Positions 43,788-59,369 of a DNA stretch of 64,000 bases are shown here, piece after piece. Position numbers and translations under genes: made by a program. The first letter of the stretch is position 1; every line of letters starts with the position of its first letter. The stretch is from NCBI RefSeq assembly GCF_009914755.1, contig NC_060927.1; one strand, given 5' to 3'. This stretch comes from the human T2T-CHM13v2.0 reference genome, Homo sapiens. The notes below the pieces were generated by a model, which was not told where the DNA came from, made no database searches, and was given only the letters and a program-made list of their open reading frames with translations.

Positions 43788-46700
43788 AAACAGGAAGCAT
43801 TAGACTTATCTCATATATGAATATCGAGACAAAAGTCATAGATAAAATGTTAGCAAATAGAATCCAACAACACTTTTAAAAATATAATGCATCTTGACCA
43901 AGGGGGGTTTATTCCAGGAAAGTAAATATGATTTAATATTAGTAATTATTTAATGTAATCTTTCATATTAATACAACAATAGATAAAAGTCATATGATTA
44001 TATCAATAGGTGACAGAAGAGGTATTTGACAAAATCTAATATTTATTAATGTCTAAGAAAGTGCAACAGAATAAGAACTGAGAAACACTTTTTAAACATG
44101 ATGTACATGTATGTGTGTGTTTGTATTTTAGCCCAAAAGCCAATATCTTATTTAATGGTTCAGGCACATACTGTGTTCTTAAGTCAAAAGACGCAAAAGC
44201 ACAAACATATCAGCTCCACTTAAGTTAAATTACAAACTTAACACAATTCTAATAAAAAGTGCCATCAGTGTTGATTACAAAGTTCATTTGAAAGAATAAA
44301 AGCTGGCATAGCCACAAAAACTCTGCAAAAAAGAGCCCTACCAGATATTTAAAACATTATATAGTCTTTTTTTACAATAGCATTGCCCATAGATAGATCA
44401 GAAGAGAAATTCAATAAATAGACTCCATTTCATATGCAACTTTAAAATGTATAAAAAGTAGCATCTCATATTAGTAAGTAAAAGAATATAGTTTGAATAA
44501 GTGATGTTGGGATATGAGTAAAAAGATTCAATTAATTCATTCTCAAACTATACATTATGATAAATTCTAAATGCATCAGAGATTTGATTGAAGAAATAGA
44601 TGACCCCACATAGGTATTAGAAGAAGACATTGTTGGAAGTTCTACATAGAGAAGGAATAGAGAAGCTCTTCTAAATTCAGACGTAAAATTTGAATAGAAA
44701 AAATAAGGAAAAAATTAATTACATATTTTAAAGTTATCATGACAAAAGATACCATAAAACAAAGTAAAAACTCAAAGAATAAACTGGAAAAAATGTTTAT
44801 GACTTATATCAAAGGGTTACTATATTTAATAAAGAACCTTGAAAAATAAAGAAGAAAAAGAACAAACTGTAGAAAAATGGTGTAAAAACAGTAGTCAATT
44901 CATGAAAAAAATGCAAATTGCCTTTAGCCATGTGAAAAGATGCATAACATTCTTGTTATAAGAAAAAAGTGCACTATGATTTTACTGATATACAATTCCT
45001 CACCTGATAGACTGGTAAAAAATGGATTTTTGAAAAACCAAAATAATTACTGAGGCTATGAGAAAAAGGCATTCCCACGTGGTGCTGATTGGAGTGCAAA
45101 ATGGAACCCACATGGAGGGGAATATGGCAATATCCAGCATAGTGCATGTGTACTTACTTTTTGGCCCTGCCTTCCTCCTATTTCTAGATATCTCTGCCAA
45201 ATATATACTAGTAAAAGTGTGTTTAGAAGACGAAAGCACGCATAAGGCTATTCATTTTAGAACCATTTTTATAAACTTTTTATTTAAAAAATAAAATTAT
45301 AAACAAAATACAGAAAAATTTTGACACCTGTGATAACAAAGAAATGACTCTTAAAGGCAGTTTGTCGTTCTGGGGGAACGACTGTTTTTCTGAGGAGGCT
45401 TACTGCATCCTTTAAGTGAAAAGTGGTGTTGACAGACGACCATCTGGGCATTAGGGTTGCTAATTTCGCTTGGATTAGTGATTGTTTTTAGGAATTTTAG
45501 TGCACAGACTGAGTCATGAGTGCATACTGATATTCAGGAACATAAATATATGCTAATATGAATTTTTGTGGACATTTTGAAATCATGCCATATCAGGTGT
45601 TATAATTTTATTTAACACGTTCAACTTATAACTTTATTTCATTTTTTCCATGCCACGAATCCCCTTTCTTATTTACACCAAGAATGACAGAATCAGATTA
45701 TCAAATAAATACATATTTGCTTTATTTCACAATGCAAACTCAACTATCTCAGAATAGCAATACCAAGATTATCACTAGCAATACGATTTTTCAAAATGGT
45801 TTGTAATTGATGATCTTACTGATGCTCAGATTGTCATACTTTAGCTAATCAGAATGTCCTCAAATTGGCTCTTGAGTTCTTTTGACCTGAAATTAGAAAT
45901 AATAAGCTTCCTTGCTATCAGGTAGGACAAGATATTCAAGCTCACTTTGCACATTTTCTGCCCCAACTCTGCCTGGGGGAACAAAATCATGAGTTTTATA
46001 AAGAAATATTATTGTGCAAAGGAGGAATGTAATATTTAAGGTTCATTTTCAATGGGCATTTGGCATTGACAGAAAAAGTGTTTCTGTGTATACATTCAAC
46101 ATTTTGCAGCATATTTACATTTAAGTTACATTTCCAAATTCTACGCCAAATACAGTCTAACTCACCATCAAAAATCCCTCAGATATTACTAAAATCCTGT
46201 TTATTTGGTAGGAGTGCAGTATTATCTTATTAGAAAATAATTTTATGTTCCTGCTAGATCAACTGTATTTTTACTACTTCAACAAAATTTACTGACATTT
46301 TCTTCCCAGTAGAATGCATTAAATCTGTTTAAATCTATGACTGAAAAATCTTTAGAAAATACTAGTTATCAGTTCATTGCTTTTGAAAACATATAAATGA
46401 AGAGGACATTAAACCTACCTTTCTTATGTGAGCTTCACCACTAACAGTAGAGGAGGTGGAATTTTCTCTTTATAGAATTTTTCCATCTAAAACAATCAAG
46501 AAATTGTGGAATTAGTAAACGAGGTAGAAATTTCTCTTTATACAATTATTATGGCTAAAAAATGATAGAATTAGAAAATTTCTATTTTGCAAACCCTAAT
46601 GAAATGATGGATCTAGACAATTGTCATTAACTGTTGTTAGCATCACAAGAAGAAAACAGCAAGTCATTATATGCCTCCTGGTAATAGAACCCAGCACTAC

Positions 46701-47486
46701 CTGTAAAACAGTATTGCCAAAAACAGTCTTGTCTCTAGATCTACACCTACCAATTTTCAGGAAATGTGAAAGACAGAAATGAGTTCAGAGACACTACAGG
46801 GATGCAAATAGCAAAATCCAGACTGTGGGAAACTACAGGACAAATAATCCAGTTTCTTCCATAAATAAATTACAGCGTTTGAAGAGATTAGAAAGGAGAT
46901 GGAAAGAGAAGGCGATTCTGAAGACTAAAGTAGAGGGATTTATTAACCAGTTAAAATGTTTTATGTGTCCTGATTCAAACAATAATCCTTTTAAAAATTA
47001 ATACAGGTAAGAGACAATTGTGAATGTGAAGAGTAACTATTTGATGATGTTAAGTAACTATTATTTACTTTAAAATATGAAATGGTACAGACCTTAAAAA
47101 TGAGAGGGATACCTCAGTTAAATATTTAAACATGATTTTTAAAAAAATAATACAGGAGTGGGAGTGGAACGGATGAAGTAAGGTTTACAATAAATTGATA
47201 ATTATTGACTTAGAATGATGTGCACATGGGAGTTTGTTATACTATTCTATTTTGTCATATGTCTGAACTATTTTATAATAAATTCCTTAAAAAACTAAGC
47301 AATCAGATAAACAGCAGATTAGACCTAGTAAAAGAGTAAATAAATTAATCACATAATAAGGCCAAGAAAATGACTCAATATGTCAAAAACATGCGAAGAA
47401 TGCAATGAAACAAATTAATGTATAGTTTAATAAGAACTTTATGGGAACAAATAAAAGAGAAATAATTACCATTTAAATAACTTATG

Positions 47487-47772
47487 GGCCGGGTGCAGTG
47501 GTTCACAGTTGTAATCCCAGAACTTCGAGAGGTCAAGGCGGGTGGATCGCTTGAGGTCAGGAGTTCGAGACCAGCCTGCCCAATATGGTGAAACCCCGTC
47601 TCTACAAAAAATACAAAAAATTAGCTGGGCATGGTGGCGGGCGCCTGTAATCCCAGCTACTCGGCAGGCTGAGGCACAAGAATCACTTCAGCCCAGGAGG
47701 CAGAAGTTGCAGTGAGCCAAGATCGCAGCACTGCACTCCAGCCTGGGCAACAGAGTGAGGACTCAGTCTCAA

Positions 47773-47806
<34 letters not shown>
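47487..47806 (+). mobile_element. Alu with (TAAA)n tail
   Basis: Alu consensus; TSD aaataactta. Confidence 0.95.
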
Positions 47807-47807
<1 letters not shown>

Positions 47808-47987
47808 CTTAGGATATTTTTTCAATACTTTTCAAGAAATAGTGAAAACATTTTCAAATTCAGTAATTATAACACATTTTGACACACAAAATTAGTGTCC
47901 TTTCTGACAGGTTAAGTGGGATTATTCTGCTATGAGAAAATCATGTGGGAGATGGCTTAGGGGCTTAAACATTAAGGGCACATTCTT

Positions 47988-48326
<339 letters not shown>

Positions 48327-49752
48327 TCACTATCAGGTGATAAGAATAAGAAATGGGACAAGAAATGAAATTGGGAAGGAGAGTTGGGGTCACAAAGGAA
48401 TGTTGCATTCTGCAACCATTCATATTGCTGCCCTCTGGAACGTGCAGTGCAGAACCCATATAACGTTAATCAACATCCCTGGAGCTAGATTGCAAAGGTT
48501 TCATCCAATGCTGTATAAAGCAAGAAAAGAATTTAGTAAAATAATTGATGACCCTAGGAAATTAAAAATGAACTATTTCTTTTCCTTTTTTCTCTCCTTT
48601 ACCTTCACCTCCAACTATTTCGAGAAGTTTGGCAGTGTTAAGGAGCATGAGGCATTTGCACAGAAGCTCATCTACGGGCTTCGGAAGTTGAGAATCCCTC
48701 CGAATGCATACTCTTTAGTCTTCTATATTTTTATTTTTTATAGTTGATAATTTATGCATTCAAGTTAAATTCCAAGGACACTTCCTCTGAGATTTTTTGG
48801 CAGCATTTTTTTAAATACAGGAATTCCTCTTTTTGTTCTGAAAGCAAATCTGAAACTTGTTTTGTATATTCCAGAAGTAGAAAACAATGAAAGACAAATA
48901 ATAGTTATTGCATAAAATATTTCTATAGACATTTCTGAGTTTTAGTTAAAAACAATTTCAGACTTATTTTGAGGTGTAATGATACTTCAAACATAATACA
49001 GTGTTAAAATTTTCTGTCATCTGTTACCAAGGCTTCAGCGTCATTAAAAAAATCACACATATATATATATATCACATATATATAAACCACAAGACTAAAA
49101 TGTGACGTATTTAGTAACAAGAATGTATAGCTTGCAATTTTGCAAACTTTTCATAAAAATAAAATTTTATAAAAATTATAATAATTTTGCTTAGGAGAGC
49201 TGTACTGAGGGTTATTTACTGCTATTTTTTCAAATTCTATGAGACAAGAATTTTACTGCTTCCTTATGTGTTGTTAGATCTTTCACAAGACCAGGAATTA
49301 TTTGTTAGTGTTATACGCATGAGTGTGCACAAAAACTTCATGAGTTTCTTATAAATGTCTGCGATTTTCATGTATATGCCCTCATGTTTTTCCCCTTATC
49401 AGGCACACATTCTCTATCTTCCCATACTTACTAAGAGAAGGTAATACATCTGAGATCCATTTTCCATACTCTGTGCTTAAAGATCACATACATCACTTAA
49501 TTCAGGGATTCATAAACTTTGTGTCATATGTCACTATGGCAATTTGGGGAAACCTATGAACCCCTTCTCAGAGTATTGTTTTTAGAGTGATAGAATTTAT
49601 GAGTTCAAAGGTTAGCCACTGTTTAGAAACAGAATTATCAAAAACAATTTTTTAATTAATTTGCAATAAAACATATACATAAAATATTTTAAATATTATA
49701 TTTATTAATACCTAAAATAAGATGTAAAGATATGTCTGCAAACAATAGCTGT

Positions 49753-50032
49753 GGCTGGGTGCGGTGGCTCATGCCTGTAATTCCAGCACTTGGGGAGGCC
49801 GAGGCAGGCAGAGCACCTGAGGTTAGGAGTTCGTGACCAGCCTGGCCAACGTGGTGAAATCCCGTCTCTACTGAAAATACAAAAATCAGCCAGGCGTGGT
49901 GGCACTCAACTGTAATCCCAGCTACTCGGGAGGCTGAGGCATGAGAATCGCTTGAACACGTGGGAGGCGGAGGTTTCAGTGAGCCAAGATTGTGCCACAG
50001 CACTCCAGCCTGGGTGACAGAGGGAGACTCTG

Positions 50033-50066
<34 letters not shown>
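49753..50066 (+). mobile_element. Alu (AluS-type)
   Basis: Alu consensus, long A tail. Confidence 0.95.
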
Positions 50067-50069
<3 letters not shown>

Positions 50070-50232
50070 TTGTAACTAGTGCAGAACATAACCATTTCAA
50101 AGCATCTGTGATAATTAAAATGTGCTTTGAAAGTATTTGTGATTTATATGAGTAACAATGTTCAGACACAACTATTACTATTATTTTTTTCTATATTCAT
50201 AAAGTAAATGCTATATATATATATATAAAATT

Positions 50233-50619
<387 letters not shown>

Positions 50620-51058
50620 ATAAATGCTATCTTTCATTTACAGGTTAATGGAACTAAAGATGTAACCCTTTCCCATCTACACGTATAGGCCCCTGAATTA
50701 TATTGCTCCATAATCCCAGATTTTAAAACTCTGAGTCACCAGGGTACAAAACATATTATTTAATTCTATATTACTATAAAATATCAGAAAAGAAAAAGGA
50801 AATTAACTCTACTTTCAAAAAGGTCCACCAGGAGATGGAAACAAAAAAATTCATGAAAGCTAGGGAAAACAAAAATGAAAAGAAACAAATATAAAAAGCT
50901 AAACAGGGAAAACCCTATATCAGGTCATATTAACTTGAAATAAAGAACCACCTGTTGTTTCCTATTTTGTATTGCTTAACACATTTTTACCTGAATAGGA
51001 CACTAGCTTCATTTTCTGATTCATGTGCAAATTACTTCAATTCTCCGGGCAACACTAA

Positions 51059-51353
<295 letters not shown>

Positions 51354-51416
51354 ACTTTTTTCTGGAAGAATAGTATCTACTATCTGACTGACTCTTTAAC
51401 ATTAGAAGATATTGAC

Positions 51417-51710
51417 GGCCAGGCACTGTGGCTCATGCCCTTAATCCCAGCACTTTGGGAGGCCGAGGCAGGCAGATCATCTGAGGTTGGGAGTTTGAGA
51501 CCAGCATGACCAACATGGTGAAACACCATCTCTACTAAAAATACAAAATTTGCTGGGTGTGGCGGCGCATGCCTGTGATCCTAGCTACTTGGGGGCTGAG
51601 GCAGGAGAATCACTTGAGCCCAGGAGGCGGAGGTTGCAGTTAGCTGAGATCACACCATTACACTCCAGCATGGGTCACAAGAGCGAAACTCCATCTCAAA
51701 AAAAAAAAAA
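51417..51710 (+). mobile_element. Alu (AluSp/Sq-like)
   Basis: Alu consensus with A tail. Confidence 0.93.
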
Positions 51711-51897
51711 TTGATGATTGGCCTAGAATTTTTCTAAATAATGGTTTCTCTCACTCCTTCACACAACACTAAAAATGTCTTGCAAATAATAACAATAATA
51801 GTGCTCTATATTTGAATTCAATTACTATTAAATATTTGTACAACTCTTATTGCTTTAATTCTCCCATTTAATATTTTAGGTCAGTAAAGCAAGAAAT

Positions 51898-53800
<1,903 letters not shown>

Positions 53801-54032
53801 GAAGTTGGAAAAAACTAAGTTTGTAGCAACCTCCTTTGGAAGTACTACATAAGTCTAGCACCTCACTTTGGAATGCAAAACGAAATACTTCCCACATACT
53901 TTCTCTCTTTCTGTCTCTTTTTTACTCAGCCTTTTAAAGCCACAGCCAAAAACTGAGATAGAAAGCATCCCATTTTAATATTCTGGTACATTCTTTTTTA
54001 AAAATCTCTATCACACACTAAGAAGGAGGTAT

Positions 54033-54608
54033 TGTTACCAGAAAGGGGTCCCGAACCAGACCCCAAGAGAGGGTTCTTGGATGTCACACAAGAAAGAATT
54101 TAAGGCAAGTCCACAGAGTAAAGTGAAAGCAATTTTATTACAGAAATGAAGAAACAAAAAAATGCCTACTCCATAGAGAGTAGGGCCCAAAAGCAAGAGG
54201 AGGAATGCGTCCATTTTAGGTATAATGCTTGTTTATATATAAGATAATAACGCAAAAAAAAAAACAATCCTTGGGGAGATGTGCGCTACTACAAGGGCTT
54301 GGGACAAAGGATTGTTAATCTTTGTATAACTACTGTCTTCCACAATAATTTATATTATTATCTTTAAAGTGAAACTTACTCTTAAACTAAGAATACTTTT
54401 GTTCTTAAGATATCGTGACATCAGGATATTTTCTGGACCTGCTAAGTCCTGGATCTCTTCCATAAACATTATTAACTTGTTTTCTTAACTGTAAACATCC
54501 TCTGACTAAAATGCCTGACCTTCTGGGAATGCAGTCCAGCAAGTCTTAGCCTCTTTTTACCCAGCCCCTATTCAAGATGGAGTCACTCTGGTTCAAATGC
54601 CTCTGACA
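54033..54608 (-). mobile_element. MER41-family ERV1 solo LTR (C/D-like)
   Basis: Reverse complement starts TGTCAGAGGCATTTGAACCAGAGTGACTCCATCTTGAATAGGGGCTGGGTAAAA; other end tgttaccagaaaggggtccc. Confidence 0.8.
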
Positions 54609-55029
54609 TTAGGATCCACATTTTATTATGTTTTCGGAGAGATAAAATGATTTCCCTGAGATTATGTTGATATAAATTACATGCCAGATTGTTTAACTCC
54701 AAGGCCGTGACTTTCCACTTAATTTCTTTGCAGAAAGTAGCTTTCTACAAAGCTGCTAGAGCAAGCAGGAGGGGAAAAATGGCAGGGAGGGCAGGCAGTG
54801 AGGCAGATGCTGACATTCTTGTGAGGCTCTGATTAGCCTAAGTAAATCTAGGTTTTACATGTGAAATGAGGATGTAGAGGCAAAAGTCAATTATGCGTTG
54901 CCTCAAGCGACTTTCTACAAAGAAATTAAAGTTCTGTGTGAATAAGATATTTGTCAAAGGCCAGGAACAGTGAGATTCACTTAGAATATATGCATTAAAT
55001 GAATAGTTTTAGAATTACTGTATCCATGA

Positions 55030-55614
55030 TATATGGATTTCTATCCTAACGGGACTGCAGCTATCTCAATTCTTGCCTCCTTAGAAGAAAGACTTTGACT
55101 GAGGGGCATAAAGCAGAAGAAGAAAGCTAGGCAAGTTTTAGAGTGGGGTGGAAGTTTATTAAAAAGCTTTAGAGCAGGAATGAAAAGTGAAGTACACTTG
55201 GAAGAAGGCCAAGCAGGCATCTTGGAGGTCAAGTGCCCCATTTGACCTTGGCCTTAGGGTATTATATGCTGGCCTGCTTCCAGCACCTGGCATCCTTCTT
55301 TCAGTGGAATGCCCCTAGAAGGTCATGTACCAGTTAAATGCCACCTTTTGACCTCTTAAAGCGCATGCTTGAGCAAACTCACCCAACACCTGAGATCTTA
55401 TCAGGAAGATGCCAATCACCAGTTTCAGATATTTCTGATCTATAGAGAAACTGCCTTTCCCTGGTGCTGGCTGTGACCAATTATTATTTTAGAGAGGCAG
55501 TGTGACAAATGCCTGACCATCACCTATGGTCACCTGACTTTCCTGGTGGGATGTGGGGGCCCTCTTCTGCCCCGTTCCTGTTCATGCCCCAGTACAGCTC
55601 TATGCACTGTAACA
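55030..55614 (-). mobile_element. ERV1 solo LTR (MER66-like)
   Basis: ttcttgcctccttagaagaaag...tttattaaaaagc...tgcctgaccatcacc...ctgtaaca. Confidence 0.6.
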
Positions 55615-55885
55615 ACAGGTTCAGGCTAAAGTTGAGAATAGCAATGCCAGATTCAATTTGTCAGATATGATTGCCCTTCTTGACAAAAATCCCAAAGATT
55701 AAGGTAAAAAGTCTAACATTTTATTTTCTTTCTAATTTGTTGTGAAGAAATGCCACAGAACTGAGCCAATCGCGGCATCTCAAGGTTTATGCTTTTCTTT
55801 TTTAGCTCTTATTTGGTCATCTCCAGAGGACATAGTTGAAAATGAGCTCCATTTCAGGTGTGGGAAACACAAAAAAGGGATACAG

Positions 55886-56374
55886 TGTTAATCAAAATGT
55901 GACTGAGGCATTTCTCAATCAACAGAGGTATATTTGGCCAAAGTTGAAGATACTTGCGGGGAAAAAAATCCAAGTCACAGGAGCACCTGTGACCTGTGCT
56001 TTTTCCAAAGGGTGTTTTCAAGGGGAAAGAGCATGCAGGAGGGGGAAAAATGCAGAAAGGGCAGGCAGTGAGGCAGATGCTTCCATTCTTGTGAGGCTCT
56101 GATTAGCCTCAGTAAATCTACATTTTACATATGACAAGAGGAAGTAGAGGGAAAAGTCAATTATGCATTCTCTCATGCTCAGTAAATCTACAGTTTACAT
56201 AAGATAAAGTAAACATGTGAAAAGAGGGAGTAGAGGAAACGAGGCTGTGATACAGCGTTGTGGAATTACAGCTATCAGTTTAGAAACAAAAGGAAGGCAG
56301 TAGTATTGACTCAGTTCCCGAACTTAACTTTCCCTTTGGGGTAGTGATTTGAGGAGATTCCATGTTCTTTCACA
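55886..56374 (-). mobile_element. MER4-group ERV1 solo LTR
   Basis: tgttaa...tttcaca termini, ctcagttcccgaacttaactttccctttgg; TSD acag/agag. Confidence 0.7.
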
Positions 56375-56767
56375 AGAGTGTGCCGCCCTTTTAAATGCTG
56401 CCTTCTTACACAGTGGGAAATGCCTTTGAGCATAATGATCTTGGGCCATTGTTGCCAGTGACTGTTCTTTACTGCAGTCCTCTTCTCAGCTCAGCTCAAG
56501 ACCATAGGATGGGACAGTCCTTTTACCTTTTCTCCCAACCCAATTTATGTATGAAGCTTTAAAACTTTCTCCCAAAAGGGATAATACCTGATTCCATATA
56601 TAGGCTTTGCAAAGTATATTACAGACCCTAACCCTCAAAAGAACATTCTACAGGATATTTTTGTATGAATACATTTGCTGAACAGAAGTTTTAAAAGTTT
56701 CATTCGCTTCTCAAGGTTCATGAGCCAAGTAAATGGAGATCCTCTCTGCCTTATACGATAAACTCTA

Positions 56768-57145
56768 TATTACTGGTGAGGGTGTCCAGGTTCTCGGCGT
56801 CTTGAACAAAGAATTAAACAAAACGCACAAACAAAGCAAGGAAAGGATGAAACAAGGAAAGAATGAAGTGACAAATGCAGAAATTTATTGCAAATGAAAG
56901 TACACTCCATAGTGTGGGAGCGGGCCTGAGCAAAGGGGCCCAAGGGCCCTGTTATGGAATTTTGAGGGGTTTTAAATACCCTCTAGAGGATTCCATTGGT
57001 TACTTGGTGTATGCCCTGTGAAGGGATGAAATAAAGTTACAAAGTCACATACTGGGCATGCGCTATGGAGAGGATATTTTCTGTCATAGCTGAAATGTGA
57101 ATCTGACTTATGTTCCCTGCCTCTAGACCCTATTTTCCTGCCTCA
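56768..57145 (-). mobile_element. ERV1 solo LTR (MER61-like)
   Basis: Reverse complement starts TGAGGCAGGAAAATAGGGTCTAGAGGCAGGGAAC; perfect 4-bp TSD tcta. Confidence 0.75.
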
Positions 57146-58207
57146 TCTACAGCCATTTTCAAATTAAACATGCCAGTACAGTCACTTAAATCTCATTATG
57201 TGATTCCAGTACTCATGGTTTCTTTCTGAATGCCTGTCCATGTGGCTAATTCCTTGAGATAATACATCAGAAGCTGACATTATGCCTAATCAGCACCTTC
57301 ATCATAAATTGAGCAGAATCTGTTGAAAAGTGAATTATCACTTTTGAGACAGAATCCTAGAAGTCAAAAGTAAACTTTCTGCTAAGTGAATTAGCACTTT
57401 CTTTTGTTATTCAAAACTACCCCATTTATTAAGTGGTAACCAATTGTTTCTGTCCTCTATGTGAAGGAACTCCTGTTAGGAAAAAAATTGGCTTTTGCCC
57501 AGCCTTTTATTCACTCCTTCCCAGGGAAGGAATGGCCACTTCTCTGATTGGTCAGTTTGGGAGGAGTAGTTGAGCCTGTTCAGGTTATCGGCTTGCTTCC
57601 TCTTTTTATTGGAAAACAATGACTAGTTATAAAAGTCTGTCTAATACAGGGAGAAAACAACAGGAAGCCCTGTGAAATTCAGATGTAAAGACACACTTTA
57701 TGTTCAGCTTGATCAGCAATAAAAATGACATTTTGTTTACTATACATTGATCACTCATATTTTATTTCTCTACTGTTTCTGAATGTAGAATTGAGAAAAA
57801 AAGCCATTATGTTTTGGTTCCTTAAAACCATATCACCATTCAGATTTAATGTGCTCCTTCATCCTATCATTCTGGAATTTGAATTTAAATTTTAACATGG
57901 TTTTGTACACTTTGATTATTTTCCTTCTCATCCTTCACAGGTTCTTGCCAAGTCCTTCAGCTTGGTCTGTTCTCACATGTCAGTCCTTCCAAGGTTGTAT
58001 ATAGTGATATCTATCCTAATGTAAACATTTTAGTTTTGCATTTTAATTTTAAATTGCAGTAACCAAGATTGCAGGATTCATGGATGATCATTTATTTTTT
58101 CTACATGCTCCTTAAGTTTTTCCTAAGTTTTCTAAGTTTTTTCTAGAACCCCCAAATTGGGTGTGGTCTCTTCTCTCACGGAATCTCAGAGCACTGTGAA
58201 TCTCATG

Positions 58208-58725
58208 GTATTAGATATCTATTGCTATGCAACAATTACCTAAAATTGACGACAATAAACATTTTTGTTCTCACACACTTTTTGTGCATCGGAAATCCAG
58301 GAAAAGCTTGACTCATTTTTTTCCAGCTCAGGGTCTCTCTCAAGGTTACAGTGAAAATGTTGGCCAGGGCTTCAGTTATCTGAAAGTTATACTGAGGCTG
58401 GAGTATTCACTTCCAAAATGGCCCACTCACTTGGCTGAAGGCAGGAAGTCTCTGTTCCTCACTGGCTGTTGGCGAGAGGCCTTAGCTCTTTGCCATGTAA
58501 ACCTCTCTAAAGGGTTGTTAGCATGCACTTAGGAAATGGCAGCCAGCTGCCGCCGGAATAAGTGATCCAACAAAGTGAGGCAGAAGCTGCAATAGCTTTC
58601 ATTACTTCCAACAGTGTCATTTCCACAATAGTCTATTGATTAGAGAAGTCAGCCCTATTCAATGTGGAAGGAGACTACATAATGGTAGAATTATTGGGTT
58701 CCACCTTGGAGCCTGGCTAGTACAC
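58208..58725 (-). mobile_element. MLT1 (MaLR) solo LTR
   Basis: gtattagatatctattgctatgcaacaattacc...ccaccttggagcctggctagtaca. Confidence 0.7.
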
Positions 58726-58869
58726 TCATGTAAGGTTTATACTATAATAATTAACTTCCCTGTTTTACTAATCTAAATTACTGAACTATTTGAAAGAACA
58801 TTCTTTTTTAGCTATTTCTGTTTTCTCTCATTTTGGATAGAACTCAAAGTTGGTGGAGCTCTGTGCCTT

Positions 58870-58901
<32 letters not shown>

Positions 58902-59188
58902 GAGACGGAGCCTTGCTCTGTCGCCCAGGCTGGAGTGCAGTGGCGCGATCTCGGCTTACTGCAAGTTCCGCCTCCCGGGTTCACGCCATTCTCCTGGCTC
59001 AGCCTACCTACCGAGTAGATGGGAATACAGGCGCTCGCCAGCACGCCCGGCTAATTTTTTTTGTATTTTTAGTAGAGACGGGGTTTCACTATGTTAGCCA
59101 GGATGGTCTCGATCTCCTGACCTCGTGATCCACCCGCCTCGGCCTCCCAAAGCGCTGGGATTACAGGCGTGAGCCAACGCGCCTGGCC
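58870..59188 (-). mobile_element. AluY
   Basis: AluY diagnostics, most CpGs intact; TSD agctctgtgcctt (58857-58869 and 59189-59201). Confidence 0.95.
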
Positions 59189-59369
59189 AGCTCTGTGCCT
59201 TTCTTAAAGGAGGACTAGCATTTTAGTGCCCCTTTAAGTTGTAGTAGTGAAATCAGACTATTGATTTTAAGGAACATTTTCCACACTCTGATTCCAAGTT
59301 TCTTTTCTTGGAACTCGAAACTATAAACAGGATCATTAAAAGTTATTGTATCCAACAAATGGAAGGAAA

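Noticed and set aside
45364-45390. Hairpin followed by a T run resembling a rho-independent terminator
   Set aside because: Mammalian intron, so that mechanism does not apply
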